This document shows positions 37,307 through 52,027 of a stretch of DNA of 64,000 nt, one piece after another. How positions within the stretch are numbered: the first letter of the stretch is position 1; each line of letters begins with the position of its first letter. The notes under the pieces are model-generated. The model saw only the letters and a program-made list of their open reading frames with translations, was not told the DNA's origin and did no database searches. Both the position numbers and the translations under genes were made by a program. The stretch is from Daphnia carinata. Its lineage: Eukaryota. The stretch is from the NCBI RefSeq assembly GCF_022539665.2, contig NC_081332.1:6262001-6326000 (forward strand), read 5' to 3'.

Positions 37307-40300
37307 TCAACAGGCCGAAGTTTCTTCGCCCTCCATGACGCAGGCAACATTGGCCAAGCGCTGGGCCAGTTGCAGTTTCCGGCAATAGTTCTCCTCCTCC
37401 AAGTTTTCAAAAAGCTGCACACGGTATTTATTAACGTAGATATAGAGCTCCTTCAGGGCGGCTACAGTGTCGAATTCTCCGATGTGCAGCATCGACAGTT
37501 GCTGCATGGTCGAGTTCATCTCTTGGTCGGGGATCTGAGGCATACTCGAAACGTCTTGGTAGAAAGACGAAACCATTTCGCGGAATCTATTTTCACAATA
37601 AAATAAAGTGAGATCAATATAAATTCTGGCTTTTCACGTGAGAGGCAAATCAATTCATACTTTGGTATATCCTTGGCGAAAAGAAGTTTATTGGAAGGCG
37701 AATCTTTGCCTAGGCGGTGCTCAGATGTGGAGCATGAATCCATAAACGTTTGTGCGATAACCGACAGGCAAGAGTCAACCGTGTTAGTCTTGTAAATATC
37801 GAATACGAAGTCGGGATTCTTGATGAAATTTACCCAGAATCTCAGTGGCAAGCTAACCATTGCAGAAAGGAAAAAAAAAATTATTAATTATATGTCTAAG
37901 TAATGATTTTTCAAAAATATTCGCTATACCTATTTGATTTCCAGGCGTGGAGCACTTCGGGGTCGGTAATATTATGCTTGCGAGCCCCTTCGTCGAGGAG
38001 ATCGAAGAGCCATTTGATAGCCGGAGGTAAATGCTCGTCGACCGTCAGGATGGTGCGGAAGAAATCGACTACGTATTTCTCGATTGTGCCTTTGGTAGAG
38101 AGGAGACGGGTGAGGAAGATCTCGGGGATGGCTTTGGGCGTGCGATCCATCTGGCCGTTGGGTGACCATTGCTTGCTATTCGACTTGGTGTCGTCCATGG
38201 GCGGTCGAACCAAGTGGAACGTTTGCAAGTGATTCACCCCGTTTTCCGGATCGCCGTTGCCGTTCTGCAGGATTGCGTGAGTCAGTGTCGAGTTGAAGTT
38301 GTAAGCGTTGACACCTTCAAAGCGAAAACAATAAGAAATGGCTAAATTAGAATCGTCCGAATCGGATTTGAATGGCACAAGGTGTAACTTACAGTTGCGA
38401 TACGACGATTTGCAGTGGCCGTTCGTCATAGTGCAGTTGTTGATTTTGCGTGGTACCAACGACATAACAGCAGACTCTTTGACACCATAGTGAGCTAAAG
38501 TATTAAGCTTCTTCCAGCCGTTGATGACTTTTGATGTCGCATCTTCATCAGACAGGATGACACTGCCGCCGCGCAGCTGTCGCCATTCTGCAACAATCAA
38601 ATACAAATTTAAATTAGCAAATCCAATTTCGAATTCCCAACTATAAACAATAAAAAAAAAAAAATGAAACGAGAAACCATACCTAGATCGACTTCGTAAA
38701 CAGCTGGACGCAGCGAGAAGGGGGTGTGACGGTAGAGGGCGTCGAGTATTTTGTGCTTGACTTGACTGATGGTGTCACAATCCAGGACGCGGCACTGGAT
38801 CTTCTCCTCAAGCTCTTCTGGCGCCAAGGGAATCGTCTGGTGACAAACGAAAGAGAAAAGGCCGAAACCAAAAAGGAAGAGTATTATTTTCTCTGTTGCA
38901 TACAGTGAAAAACGGTGACGTCATGATTGATTTCCAAATCGAATAAAGCCCACACTTACGTGGTACGGCTGGTAGGGGATCTTCTCGTAGTGATCCTCTT
39001 GAACTAGATGGATCGTCTGGATGGGATTGCGGGGGGGGGCGGCCAAAATAGAAGGATTAGCAACAGTGGAAATCACTAAAGAGATTGGAGCGTTAGACAA
39101 ACTCACCACGAAAGAGTGATCGATCTGTTCGCGAAGGAGTCTCTCCTCCGAGAGCGAGTAGCGGGCGTCGTGCGTGATCGAGTCGACGGGTCCCTTCTCC
39201 ACCTGGTACTTGATAGCCTTGAATAGGACAAAGATGGACTGTCCAGCTCGGTCTTTGAGGTAGTGGTACATGGAGAGAGCCATCCAGTTGGAGAGCATCT
39301 TCTCCACAACGGACTCGGTGCGGCGGAGCATCAGCTGCGGATGCTTGGTGCTTACGGCCTTATCCATCAGTCGGAAGAGAAGAGAACGCAAGACGCTCGT
39401 GGCATACTCCATGTTGCCCATCAACGTCACTACCAGCAGAGAAGCCACGTTCACCCTGGACACAGCAAAAGAGAGAAGAAAAAAAAAACATTTAAATAAA
39501 GAAATATTCAATGTAAAGAATGAAATGCAGGAGATTTACTTGTCGCGGATGCTAAAGTCCCGCTGCGATTCGAGCGTCTCGATGAAGGTGAGCAAGAAGT
39601 GTTTGTTGCAAATGAGCTGCTCGAATTGCATCATAGCCGCATCGTAATTGGTTCTCGGTCCAGTCAGACGACGCTGTATAACAAAAAAAGCGAAAAGGAA
39701 GGTTAAATACGAAAAACAATTGTTGCAAAGATCTTAATGAAAAAAATAGCCCAAACATTTCGGTCCGTAATTCTGCGTTGATTGCGTTCGAAATATTTCT
39801 ATTTTACCTTTGGGTCGTTGAGGATTGGATGATCGTTGACTCCTGGGAAGAAGACTTTCATCACGTACGTCTTGTGATCCAGCGTCGGGGTACCGAGTGA
39901 TTGTAAATCCGCTGTCAAATCCGTCATGTCCGTCTGGAGTTCAGCAAAAGCTGTAAAAAAAAACAAACAAAAGAATTGCGCGAATGGAAAAAGAAAATTG
40001 TTAATCTAGATATATTTCAAGACAAGACTCTCTTTTTTCTTGTGTTCTATTTATATACCTATACGATATAGCCTAACACTCGACAATTTCATCTACAGTA
40101 ACAAAAACTAGCGATATATGTATATAGCCTTCGAGAATCTGAGAAAAAAGGTAGAGGAGAGAGAGATCAACGGAATTGTGAGGACGGGCTGGATGAGACG
40201 GAATGAGAAAGAGCTTTAAGAGAGATATATAACTGGAAACGGCGGCGCAACCGGAGCAAAAATACAAAGTAAAAAGAGGTGGCCAAAAGAAAAGAGGAGA

Positions 40301-43300
40301 AAGCTCATCATAACGTCTCGGAAGGATGGAAAAACGGGACCGAAGTCAAGGATTAAAGAAGAAGTGGAAGAGGGGGATGGCATGAAAGAGGGTCCAACGG
40401 GGCTGGTAGGTACGAGGAAGGAAACTAATAAAAAAAAAAAAGAAAAATGGGAGGAAAGAATAAATAAATCAATAAAATGGAAAAAAAAAAAAAAAAAAGA
40501 ATAAAAGCCAGAAATGAAGCCAATACCAGGAAGATTGGCGCCACCACCACCAAGACCAGAGCGTCGCGTGTCCCACGTGCACATTTGTGCGAACGCTGTG
40601 TGGAAAACGGCACAGCAACACGACAAATAAAATAAGAACCAATATAGATATCAAAATACAGTACCAACAAAATAAAATAAAAGGAATAGTCAGTATAAAA
40701 GAAGGGGCGGGCACGAAAGAGAGTATCAAATCCAACCAAATCAAACCAACAATCAAAACGTGCTACAACTTGAGATAGCGTTAACAAAATCAAGCACGCA
40801 GAGTGCATCATTTTTTAGCGGTGATTTCAGGAAAGATAAGTTTTTTTTAAGGATTTTTTTTTAATGGCATATTTAACAGATTGAAAATAAGAGAAGGTCA
40901 ACTTTAAAAATGTAATTTTTTTTTTTTTTTTAAAACTTGGATTTTTTAAAAATGTTGTATTACCTTGTTTGCATTCGGAGCGGACGTTGCTCTCGAGGGT
41001 ATCCATCTGGATCTGAATGCGTTTATATTCGCGCTCTGCCTGTGTCGACTTGCGGCGGTACACGAGCAGAATGGCGATGGAGACAAGGACAAGGAGAACA
41101 CCACCGGCCGTGATACCACCGATGGCTTCAGGCGGGAATGTGTACGGCTTCACCACTTCGTACTGCAGGTATCCGATGGGGAATCGCACATTCTGGCCAA
41201 CACGGACGACAACTAGCGGCAAACCCGATTCGGTCTTGATACCGATCTCGTCCGTGCCTGTCGGCTGGACTTCGGGCGGCGTACACACAAGTTGCGTGGC
41301 TGCTAGAGAGGTGACGTTGCAAGAACGAGTACCGATTGTCACGTTGACGTCCGTTTCGTCGCTGGCCAAGTTCAGATTCTCGCCTTCGATGACCAAAGTG
41401 TCGCCCTTGTACAACTTGATCAAACTGGCACCGACAAATGCCGAATAGCTGGGATCTTCCACGTATTGCAGCTGTTGAAAGTGTTTCTTGAGGTCGCGGA
41501 CCGATTCGACGTTGTCCATCAGGAAGCCGATGCGCAACGTGACCGAACGCGGGACGTCGCGATGCGGCCGCAGACCGGCTCGCTTGCGACGCGACAACGG
41601 TGAAGAAGACGGAGCGGCAGTGAGGGCGGCCAACTGCATCCGGCGGGCGTTGATCAGGGCTTCAAAGTCAACGGGCGGGGACGGGCACTCCATATGCGAA
41701 GCACTTACAACTCGGCACACCTGGAACATGCACAAAACATCATTAGAGAAAATAGATTTTTGCATATATTTAAATCTAAAAGAGAACGGGGAAAAATAAT
41801 AGGGTCGAGTTTGAATTTGTTCTTTTGTTCTTTCAAATTGATCTAATTATTATTTATTAAATATTTTTTTTTTTTTTATTTTAAACTTTTTTTTTTTTTT
41901 TGTTTTTTTGCGGGGTCTGTGTTATTTCCTCCGACTTTCCAATGTTTGCTCTCATTTCCTCTTTTACGTACCGTCACGTTGGCCACGGTGATTCCGTCAT
42001 CCATATAAACGGCCATTTGAGGTTTCTGGATCGAATCGAGATTGGTGCCGTGGACCGAGAGGAGTCGGCCGCCAGAGGCGAAGCTCCTGAGAGGCTTGAC
42101 CTCCATGATCGTCGGGTCTTTGGTATAACTGAACGGATTCTTGGCCAGAACACGTTTAGCGTTGTCTATGGTCACAGTCAACTGGGCGACGGTACGCGGG
42201 CCGGATGTGCGCGAACTGGTGCACAAGAGCCGAGTTCCGGACGCGTGACTGCTGTTCACCAGACAGGGCAGTTCGTCGAGGAAGGCCGAAACGCTGCTGC
42301 CCATGTTGAGGTGGAATCCCGTGATGGAGAGCAAAGTGCCACCGCTTTGCGGTCCGAATGTGGGGAACACGCTGTGCAATTCCAAGTCCTGAACAATCAT
42401 AAAAGAAAAACAAATAAAAAAAAGACCCGAATTACATGGAGGGAAATGTGGGTCGACAGGAAATCGAACGAATGTTGCAACAACTGAAAAAGATAAACAA
42501 AAAAAAACAAACAAAACAAACACAAACGAAAATTCAATGGAACAGCAAATCGAGGTCGGACTCTCGGATTGCGCAGAAATCCGACTACAATGCGCCGAGT
42601 GGGTAACGTTAGAGGTTAATGGCCGTCCGTATCGGATGCCATTACTCGAAACGTCAACGCAGAACACACCCGTGCCCGTCGTTTACACGCACACAAAGAG
42701 CACTTGCGTAAAAAAAAAAAACGGAAGCTAGAAAACAAAATACGAACCTTGTAGGAATATTTGACGGTCGATTCAGTGTAGCCGGCCGTATTGCCAATAA
42801 TGACGGGCGCATCGATTTCAGCCGGAGCTGGCCCAGTCCGGCAGATAATCTTGACCGAAACTTGATAATCAATCAGCTCGCAGGGTATATCACCAATGCG
42901 AATTTTGCCTTTGACGTCCTCCTCTTTCAGGCCGAGATTGCTGCCTTCAATCGTCACCAGAGTTCCACCTTCAATCGGGCCACTCAACGGCTTGATCTGA
43001 AAATAGCAAATAAATCATTTAGAAATTCATTTTTATTCAATGTAACAATGGAATTATTTTAGACGTACCACGTCAATGCGTGGGTCGAGGACATTCAGAT
43101 GCAGCGCTGAGAGGGCAAGCTTCACTGTAGGCGCAGACGGAGCCGCACCAGGCGCAACGGTACTTTTTGGCTCGGGTAACGCAGAGGGAGCAATCGGGAT
43201 GATCTCGATGAGATCCGAGTATGTCGCACTTGTACAGAGTGACGGGCAAGGAACCGACGTAATGGTCTCCGTTCCAGACGACTGACACTTGGGCTTCGTA

Positions 43301-44153
43301 TTCACCCACGTTGGCTTCATAAGAGTACTGCAAAAAAAAAAAAAACAATACACCAGGAAATGAAAAATGAGAAACTGGAAAATCAAAGCAGAAAATCAGG
43401 AGGCATTTTATGACGGCTCATCTCTCATTCATATCATTCTCGTGTTTCTCATGCTCGGGGCTTCACGTTGAACACCCGTCGCGTCATATAGTTCCTGCTG
43501 ATGGTGCAACATTTTGTCGGGCGGAAGTCGACAGCGTGAGAACCAGAAGTCAATCGAATAATAAACTGCGACAGATGATGTAAAGTTACCGTCGTCTTGT
43601 CGCAGACCACATAGCGTCCGGCCTCGATGCGGGCGCCGATGGCCATTTTGGCTCCTTCGATGTCGACCAGGCACTGGAAACCAGCGTGTCCGGCCTGAGG
43701 GTGTGGCAGGTTTTCAGCTTCCAGGACGAGCTCACGGGCGACTCCACTGGGTACCAAATCATCTTCGTCGGCCGGACGTCTCAAACGCGGGCAATAGCCG
43801 GCTCCGTGCGTCATCAAATGTGCCGGATTCTATCATTAAAAAAAACAAAAAAAAAACGCATTAGTTTCATCAATTAAACAAATTTAAAAAAAAAAATCGT
43901 TTTAATGTTAGTTTAATATATTTACATTTTCTCCGCTGACGACGGTCCGCTGGCATGTGCTGGCGTTGTGGGTGCAGCGGTTCTCGTGGACGCACCAGTT
44001 GCACGCCCATTGGGCTTTGACGCAGGACGAGCAGGTAGTGTGCCTGGAACAGTCGTAGTAGGCGAAATTGCGGCTCACAAAATCCTTGTTCGTCTCAGAC
44101 GACCGCACCTGCCACGAGTAAATACATTATGAAGATGCATTTTCCTTCCTCTT

Positions 44154-44184
<31 letters not shown>

Positions 44185-47100
44185 TTTAATTTTGATTTAT
44201 GATTTAACGAACAAAGAAGAAAAGAAATGTTTCAATCCCGTTAAGTTTCCTTTTCTTTGTCTAGTTTCGTTCTGCTACACAGAGAGCGGACGAAAACAAT
44301 CCACCCCCCACGAATCGGCCAGTCATTTCCATTAGAAAATGTAGAACTCGTATTTACATTTCATATGCATGTAGAGATGCGTAGAGTGGATATAATGAAA
44401 AATAAAAATAAAAACATAATCATCGTTTTAAAGAAACAACAATAGTAACAACAACAATGAGAAGAACCAGGTTGGGATTCATATCATCTGTTTAACTAAC
44501 GGACGGACGTTGATGGAGAGGCAAAGACCCAGAGGAAGTCTTTATTCTTGTTCTTCTTTTATTTTTGCCTGTTGCTGTTATTAATATATTTCTTTTTTTT
44601 TTTTTTTTTTTTTGAGAGCGAAGAACAACAAAAAAAACAAAAAAAAAGAATAGAGGGGGGAAGCCATCTGTCATTTTCAAAAGCGCGTTTTTGGCTATTG
44701 CGTGTGCATCTGCGTCCATTGGACGTTCATCCGTCGCCGCGAGACGCTGTTTCCCGACGTTATTGATGTTAGTTCAAAAATAAAAATAAAACCTCTTCTT
44801 TTATTTTTTCGAGACTTAACGGACAGATATTTCCCCCAGGTGTGGACCCATCGTTCAAAATGCGAAGTATAAGAAGTCAAGACGAGCGTCATTCGTTTTC
44901 TTTCTTTTTTTTTTTCGAAGCAATCAGCGTTGAATAAAAAGAAAACGAGACGAGTCGACAGTGTGTACTTTTGCCTAATTGCATCCAGTGTGTAATGACC
45001 TGCTCGAATGGCAGCAAAGTCGAGAGGGGAAACAACTCGTTGAATGCACCAAAACAACGTCCGGTTTTTCGCTTTTTTCTTTAAAAAATCGATCAGACCC
45101 GTAAACGCTCAAAGACCCAGGTGGACTTTTGTTAATTGTTTTATGAAGAGAGAAAAAAAAAAAAAAAACGTACCGAAAGTGGGACCAGAACGTGATCGGT
45201 GACCGTGTTCTGGTTGCTGCCCGTCAAGCTCGGCGTCAGCACGGAATTGGCCACGCTGACGGAGGAGGTCGGAATGGCCGGTCTTGATTGGAGATCCGGC
45301 GTCGGGCAAGAGAGTCCAGTGGCCGTGACAGTGGCGTCGATGGGGTCGGCATCGCCAAAAACGCACTTGTACTTGGCGCCTAATGGCAAATCCGGAAGTG
45401 TCCTGATCGTCAACTGAACCTGAAAATAAAAAGAAAGGATAAGAAATTTCACGTTTAACGGACGTAATAACTAAGCGAAGCGGGACTGCAAGTTTAGGGT
45501 CAAGAAAAGCTACAAAATTGGGAGGGGGACATTGTCCGCGCACGTGCTGTTATCGCAAACGGACCAAAGAAACAATCGCAGATGGAAAGGAGGGGAACGA
45601 GTAAACACGTCACGGTGGCAGATGTCGTTCTCCTAATGGTACGCAATATCGAAAAAAATAAAATAAAATAAAGAAAACCTAAAGCATTTTTGCTTTGATG
45701 CTACTATTTACACATCGTAAACGTACAACGTGGCGAGGAAAACGTAGATGATGACAATTTGTCCAACTTCCGACGTTCGACTGTTGGTCTACTTTCCCTC
45801 CCCTCCCCCCGGAAATAAATGACCTCGTATTTTCCCCAACAATATTACACAACAAAATCAAACATAAATAATGAAGTCAATCAAAAAAAAAATAAAATAA
45901 ATATATATATAAAACGAACCAAGCGAGGAGAAAACTTGTCGTTTCTCATCAGTCAAGTTGACTGGAATATGAAAATTAAAAAAAAAAGAGGGGGGGGGAG
46001 GGGGATCGCGACGGCCGTTTCTAATTTTTACGACGTGTCATGTCGCGTATTATGAACACAAAGCAACGCGCATTAGTGTTCACGTGTCGCGCGTCTCTCT
46101 TCTTTTTTTTTTTTTTTTTTTTGTTTCAGTTTGGGCATGTACGGCGCCGCCGCTTTTGTCGGTTTTCAAATATAAATAAAAAAAGGCCCTTTTTTTTCTT
46201 TTAATATTTTATTTGATTTCCCTAATTCGGCTTGACTGCTTTGGCCGAAAGGGTGTTTCCAAAGCACGGGCATCTGCAGTCGACAAAGATCGCATTACAT
46301 TCATAACTCGAGTTGGCATGCTTCTCTGCATCTTTCTCTTGACAAATCTTGTGCCAGAGCATCCGCATGGACGGACGGAAGGGAGCGGGGAGGGGATAAA
46401 AACCGCACTCCTCCGTCGGTTGGCGTCCGAAAAAAAAGAAAAGAGACTTTGATCGACAATGATTTCATTAGATCATCGTCCTCTTCTTCAGCCATTGCCA
46501 CCACCCCCTTCTTTTTTCTTTGGTGGTAGCGCTCCTCCTCCTTCCTCCTACCAAACTGAAAACCACCATCACTGTTTAAATAAGCGGGATGTCGGCAGAT
46601 ATTCACGCTTCATAAATTTCGATGAGAGCAGCCCCCCCCCCCTACCCCGGCATCTACATTATTTTTATTTTTTTTTTCTTTTCTGAACATGACATTCACC
46701 GATGACTTGTAATGTTTAATATGGGAAACGGGGTGGGGGGAAAAGCGACAGCGCCCCGATCTTTTAAACCGAGACAGTGTAACTAATCGCGTTAGAAATA
46801 AAAAGCTTCCGGAGCATTTGAAGAAAAAAAAAATGTACGCCCTTCCACATCCGCAACAAGCAGCACCAAACTTTTACTACGACGTCTCTCCGTTTTGCGA
46901 CCCCCCCCCCCCCCCAGCTTTCTCTTTCCATATGATAGGGGGGGGGGGAACATCGTGTGTGTGCTAGCGCACGTGATCCTTTGGCAAAAAAAAAACAAAA
47001 AAAACATCAAACGACGTTCAAAAGTGTCTTTTATCGTCTTGGACGTTATATAGAGTTCCATAAATTGATGGAGACTACTACTACTACCTATTCCCATCCA

Positions 47101-47672
47101 CTGTCTATCTTCTTTCTCTTGGCTTTTTTCACTTCGATATATGCATCGAACAGATTCAACCAGACGATGAAAGAGAAGTCAATCACACATTTTTCTTTCT
47201 TTTTTTTTTTTTTTTCGGGGGGAGTGGGGGGAGTGGGGGTGTAGGTGGAGTGGAGTGGAGTTGAAACTTACGACTGCTGTTTGAGCGATGGGGATGCGAT
47301 CGGGCAGGACTTGCTCGAAATCGATACACTGCTGGCCGGATCCGTAGGCTAGCCAACGCGGCGAGCTGGTAGTGGCCTTCTGGCAAGCACTCTTCACGGT
47401 ACATCTGTTGAAAGAAAAGAAAAGAAAAATAAAATATATATATATATACATATAAATATTATTTTTATCTGTTTTTATTTGATATATATTTTTGTTTAAA
47501 GAAGCCATTTTTTTGTGTGTGTGTGTGTGTGTTTTGCGTTTCTTTCCATCCATCCAGAATCCATAAATCACTCTGTAGGATATTATGTGTATCCAAAAGA
47601 CACATAGCGGCTCCTATAGGCCTCTCTCTCTCTATGTCTCTGTGTATATGTATGACTACATAAATGTATACG

Positions 47673-47742
<70 letters not shown>

Positions 47743-47881
47743 CATGCACACAAGTCTAATATAGTCAAGACGCCCAAAAGCAGATCGATCAGTCACGAGA
47801 TGAAAGGAAATGAAAAAGAGAGCTGGAGATGGAAGGAAGCTCTGCGCGGCCCGGGCTCATTATCAATCCCCCCCCCCTTCC

Positions 47882-47915
<34 letters not shown>

Positions 47916-48443
47916 AATAGACGGAAGGGGAGAGAGAGCGGCGAATGCAATAGAGGACGATGGGGAAAGGTGGCTGTCATTTCCTTTTCGATTCAAAGAC
48001 GGTCGACATCATCGACATCGGTTTAATTGTAAAGAGCTAAGAAGAGAAGCGAACATTCTGCGAAAATCAAGGCAATGTGCAGCGTTCCCGTCATTAGGAC
48101 TCATCAAGTCCGGAAACATGACGGATAGCGAAGAAGCAAAAAATCACGTGGGAGCGATGGACGATGCCAACGTTACCGGGGAACGAATGAGGTGAGCGCG
48201 CAGGCTAAAATTTAAAAATATAAAATCGGGACAATCAGCGAGGAGAGATGAAGAGGGAAGGGAAAGACTAATGCGCGGGGCGTGTGTCAAAGTTTGAATG
48301 TATAATCGCATATTCGACAGGCAGATGAAGCAGACTATGGAAAAAAAAAAATAAAATAAAGGCATCCATCTCTGGAAGAAGAAGGAAAAATAAATGTTGA
48401 CATGAAAGTTTTTCTTCTCCCCGTGGTCTAGTCTCAAAGATAT

Positions 48444-48479
<36 letters not shown>

Positions 48480-49651
48480 GACCATATAAGAAAAAACCAG
48501 ACGAAAAGTCACAAATATTTGTTTATTTTTTAAGACCGTCGTCTCAATCGATTTTTCTTTTTTCATCCCCCATCGTAACACTCGACTCGTTCAATGTCTG
48601 CTCACAAGGCAGTAACACTTGAGGGCAAAGAAAAAGTTCACATTTTTTTTTTCTTTCTTTCTTCTCTCGTAAACTAACGCATTTTCAAAAAGCCATGTTA
48701 AGAAAAACAGCTTATTTTTCACAGACATAGATAAGCATCCGATAATCATCTTTCTTTACAAAAAAAAAAAAATACTAAAATAAACTTTAAAAACGAAAGA
48801 AAAAAAAACACGACCCGGAAACCGGCGGTTTATTAGAAGGTTCACTCCCGTATAATCACGCGTAGACTTATGGTATGTGTGTCTTGTGTGGTGTGTGTGT
48901 GTGTGACTTGCGTTACTTGGTCACGCCCTCGCGCCTTACAATACAACACGTTCTCGTTTTCTCTCTCTCTGCCGTACGCATCTGATTATTTGTTAAGGAA
49001 CTAGAAAAACTGGAACTTTTTTGTTTTTCTTTTTCGGTTCCCACCATTAAACCCGCCTTCTTTTTGTTTAACTTTTTTTTTTTTTTTTTTTTTTGTCTCT
49101 TTCTCTCTCCTTTATCTCTACCGTTTTCTTTTTCGGCTCTTTTTTTTTTTTTTTTTTTATCATAGTAAAAAATAAAATAAATAAGAAAGGCGGAGGAAAA
49201 GGAAAAAAAAAAAGCGTCGGCGCCATCATCGGCGGTGCGGATGCAAAGACATACACACACACACACATACAAAAAAAAAAGCTCGTCTAGATAATCAACT
49301 TCCGGTTTGCCATTCTAAAGTGAAAAGACAAAAAAAAAAAAAAAAAAAAAAAGTTGTGCCACATCATTGCAACGTTACGTCACCCTTTAAAAAAAAAATA
49401 AAAAATAAGTTGTCTAAAAAAAATTAAAGGGACATGACTTTTGCTTGCGTTATCGAATCAAAAACAACTAAATCAAATACCTATTTTTGCTTGTTGATGT
49501 TCTTCGTTCTGGCATGGAAATAAAATAAAATAAAATATCCCATTTTTTTCTTTTATTTTTCCCCCTAAACTAGATCGAAGGGAGGATTTGCAACCAGTGG
49601 GGTGAAAGTAACGACGTGATTGAACTGGCGATGGGAGTTCCGAGATCCCGC

Positions 49652-49686
<35 letters not shown>

Positions 49687-51986
49687 CCGAAAAAGAAAAG
49701 GGGAAAAAAAAAATGGGAGCGATTACGCAGTGCGAGGGATATGGGCGAGTAGGGATCTCATTTCCTTTCGCATTCGACAAGAGGATTGCGTTCTCAAGCT
49801 TGCGTACCAAGACGATGATGATTATCATCATCAGAACGCAGGGGCCTCGCTTTTATTTCTTACGTAGTTACGTTTTTTTTTTTTTTTTTTTATTTGGCCC
49901 GCCGTCTATCACGTTGTACGAGGTGAAAGACATCCGATAAATCTCGTATAACGTTATTATTCTGATGAAACTATAAGACCCCCAATATCCCCCCCCCCCC
50001 CTCCCACTCCCTCGCTTTTCTTTTTTAAAGGGAAAACAAATCGATTACGATCCTAGGCAACCCCCCCATTTTTTGTTTTCCAAAAAAAAAAGAAAGAAAG
50101 AAAAGAAATATAGACATACTTGTGACGAGCTCAAGTGGCTGCGTTCTATTCGATATGGGATGTTAGATAAAAGACGAGGCTCGTTGCTTATACAATGTTG
50201 TACAACATAGGCAAATGGCAACACGAAAGGCAAGACCATCGCCTCTTCGCTACGTAACTCTATGATTTGCTAGATGCCTGCTTTTTCCCCACTTTCGCCT
50301 TATTTTATTTTATACGCTGGCAGTTCACAGTCGACTGGGCTCCTATTAAACTACTAGAACGTATTACGACTATTATTATTATTATCATTATTATCACATT
50401 AGGCAGGAGAGCTCGCGATGAACCTCTTGTAACGCATTTAGTATCTCATCTTCGTCTTCCCCGTGTCATCATTCAGAGTCACGAACGCCATCGACCGTGA
50501 TGACGAACGCACACACACACACACACGATCGATTTTGTTTTTCTTCTCTCTCTCTCTCTCTCTCTCTTTTTCTTTATACAAATATTATCCCAAATAAATC
50601 AATACGAAAATAACCCAAGTTTCTTTTTTTTTTTTTTTTTTTTTGAAAGTAAGAAGTATATAACAAATTTTCTAAAAAGGATGGATGGACTGAAAATTAC
50701 ATCCCGTCCTGTATTTATTATTTTTTTTTTTTCGTACCCAGGCCCCTCCACCCCCCCAGATAGTCCCGGAATGTGATTAAAGTCTTGCTTTCAAAAAAGA
50801 CTTTCAGTTCCTTGTCAACAGTTTGACAATAGCGTTCATTTTACAAAGAAAATGTATGACCTTGATTCTTTCTAGTAAAATCAAGGGCAGTACACATTCT
50901 GTTGCGGATAACAACGAGCCAATCTGACTCGAAAGATGAGTACAAATCCAAGACAAAACACCTTTAAAACAAGTGCACGTTTGATAGATCCCCCCCCCCC
51001 CACCACCACCACCTCATCCATCCGCGAATGTTTTCAAGAGGTCAGACTAAACTGTAAGCGCGAGTCGGTGAGTGAGGGGGTGGGTGTCAACATCATTAAC
51101 GGACACACACAGAGAGAGAGAGAGAAGAGCTTCAAATACACACTCGACGCATTTATTTCTCCGATGCTTGTAGCCAAGGGGGAAGCAAGTGCTCGCACAG
51201 TTGCATCACACGACGAGGTTGGCCCACTTCATGCCGATTCCGGAAAGGGGGGGGGGGGGACAATGCCAGCTGGCTTGGGCTGGTCCTCATTTTTTTTTAA
51301 TTTTTACAGTGGCAGTACTACAAAGTAGGTAGCCGAGTACCTCCCCCAATTAGCGTTACGATTCAGAAATGAGAAAAAGAGTTTAAGAAAGAGTTGGGCG
51401 GAGGGGGGGGGGCTTTAACGATGAAGACATACAAATAACGTTGGACTTTCTTGGCCCCTCTTCGAAAGTAAACAAACAACAAAGTTAAGTAGCTTTCCTT
51501 ATTTTGTTGAAGACCACTGATTTTTGTCGAATTAAAAATCGAATGATCGTCAGAGGGTAGTCCGTATTGACTCAAAATCAAAATGGCCTTATGATTCTTT
51601 CTTTTTTTTTTTTTTTTTTGAAGCGAATGGGGGGGGGAGGCCTCATTGGGCCAATTACTGACGCCCTTCATTCTTTCTTTCTTCTTTTCTGTATTCTCAA
51701 TGACACCAAAGAGAAGAATAGAATCGATGCACTCCTCTATAACCCTCCCCGCTGGAACGGTGGATTACTGAAGCCGAATGTCGTACAATGGAAGTTAACT
51801 AGCGGGAGAAAAGGGGGAATGAAAGACATGGCATCGGCTGACAGAAGAGCATCGACACGACCCACGAATTACACAGACACACACACAAAAAGAGGAGGGA
51901 GGAACAAAAAAAAAAAAAAAAAAAAATGGAAAGCTGAAGCTGATTTTTGGTTGTCGTTTCGTCATTGGATTGTAGGATGTGGCAGA

Positions 51987-52027
<41 letters not shown>

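Noticed and set aside
42530..42705. Alternative terminal exons or intron read-through giving secreted Plexin-B (also 43449-43589)
   Set aside because: Open frames in short GC-richer introns are expected by chance; no splice or poly(A) support
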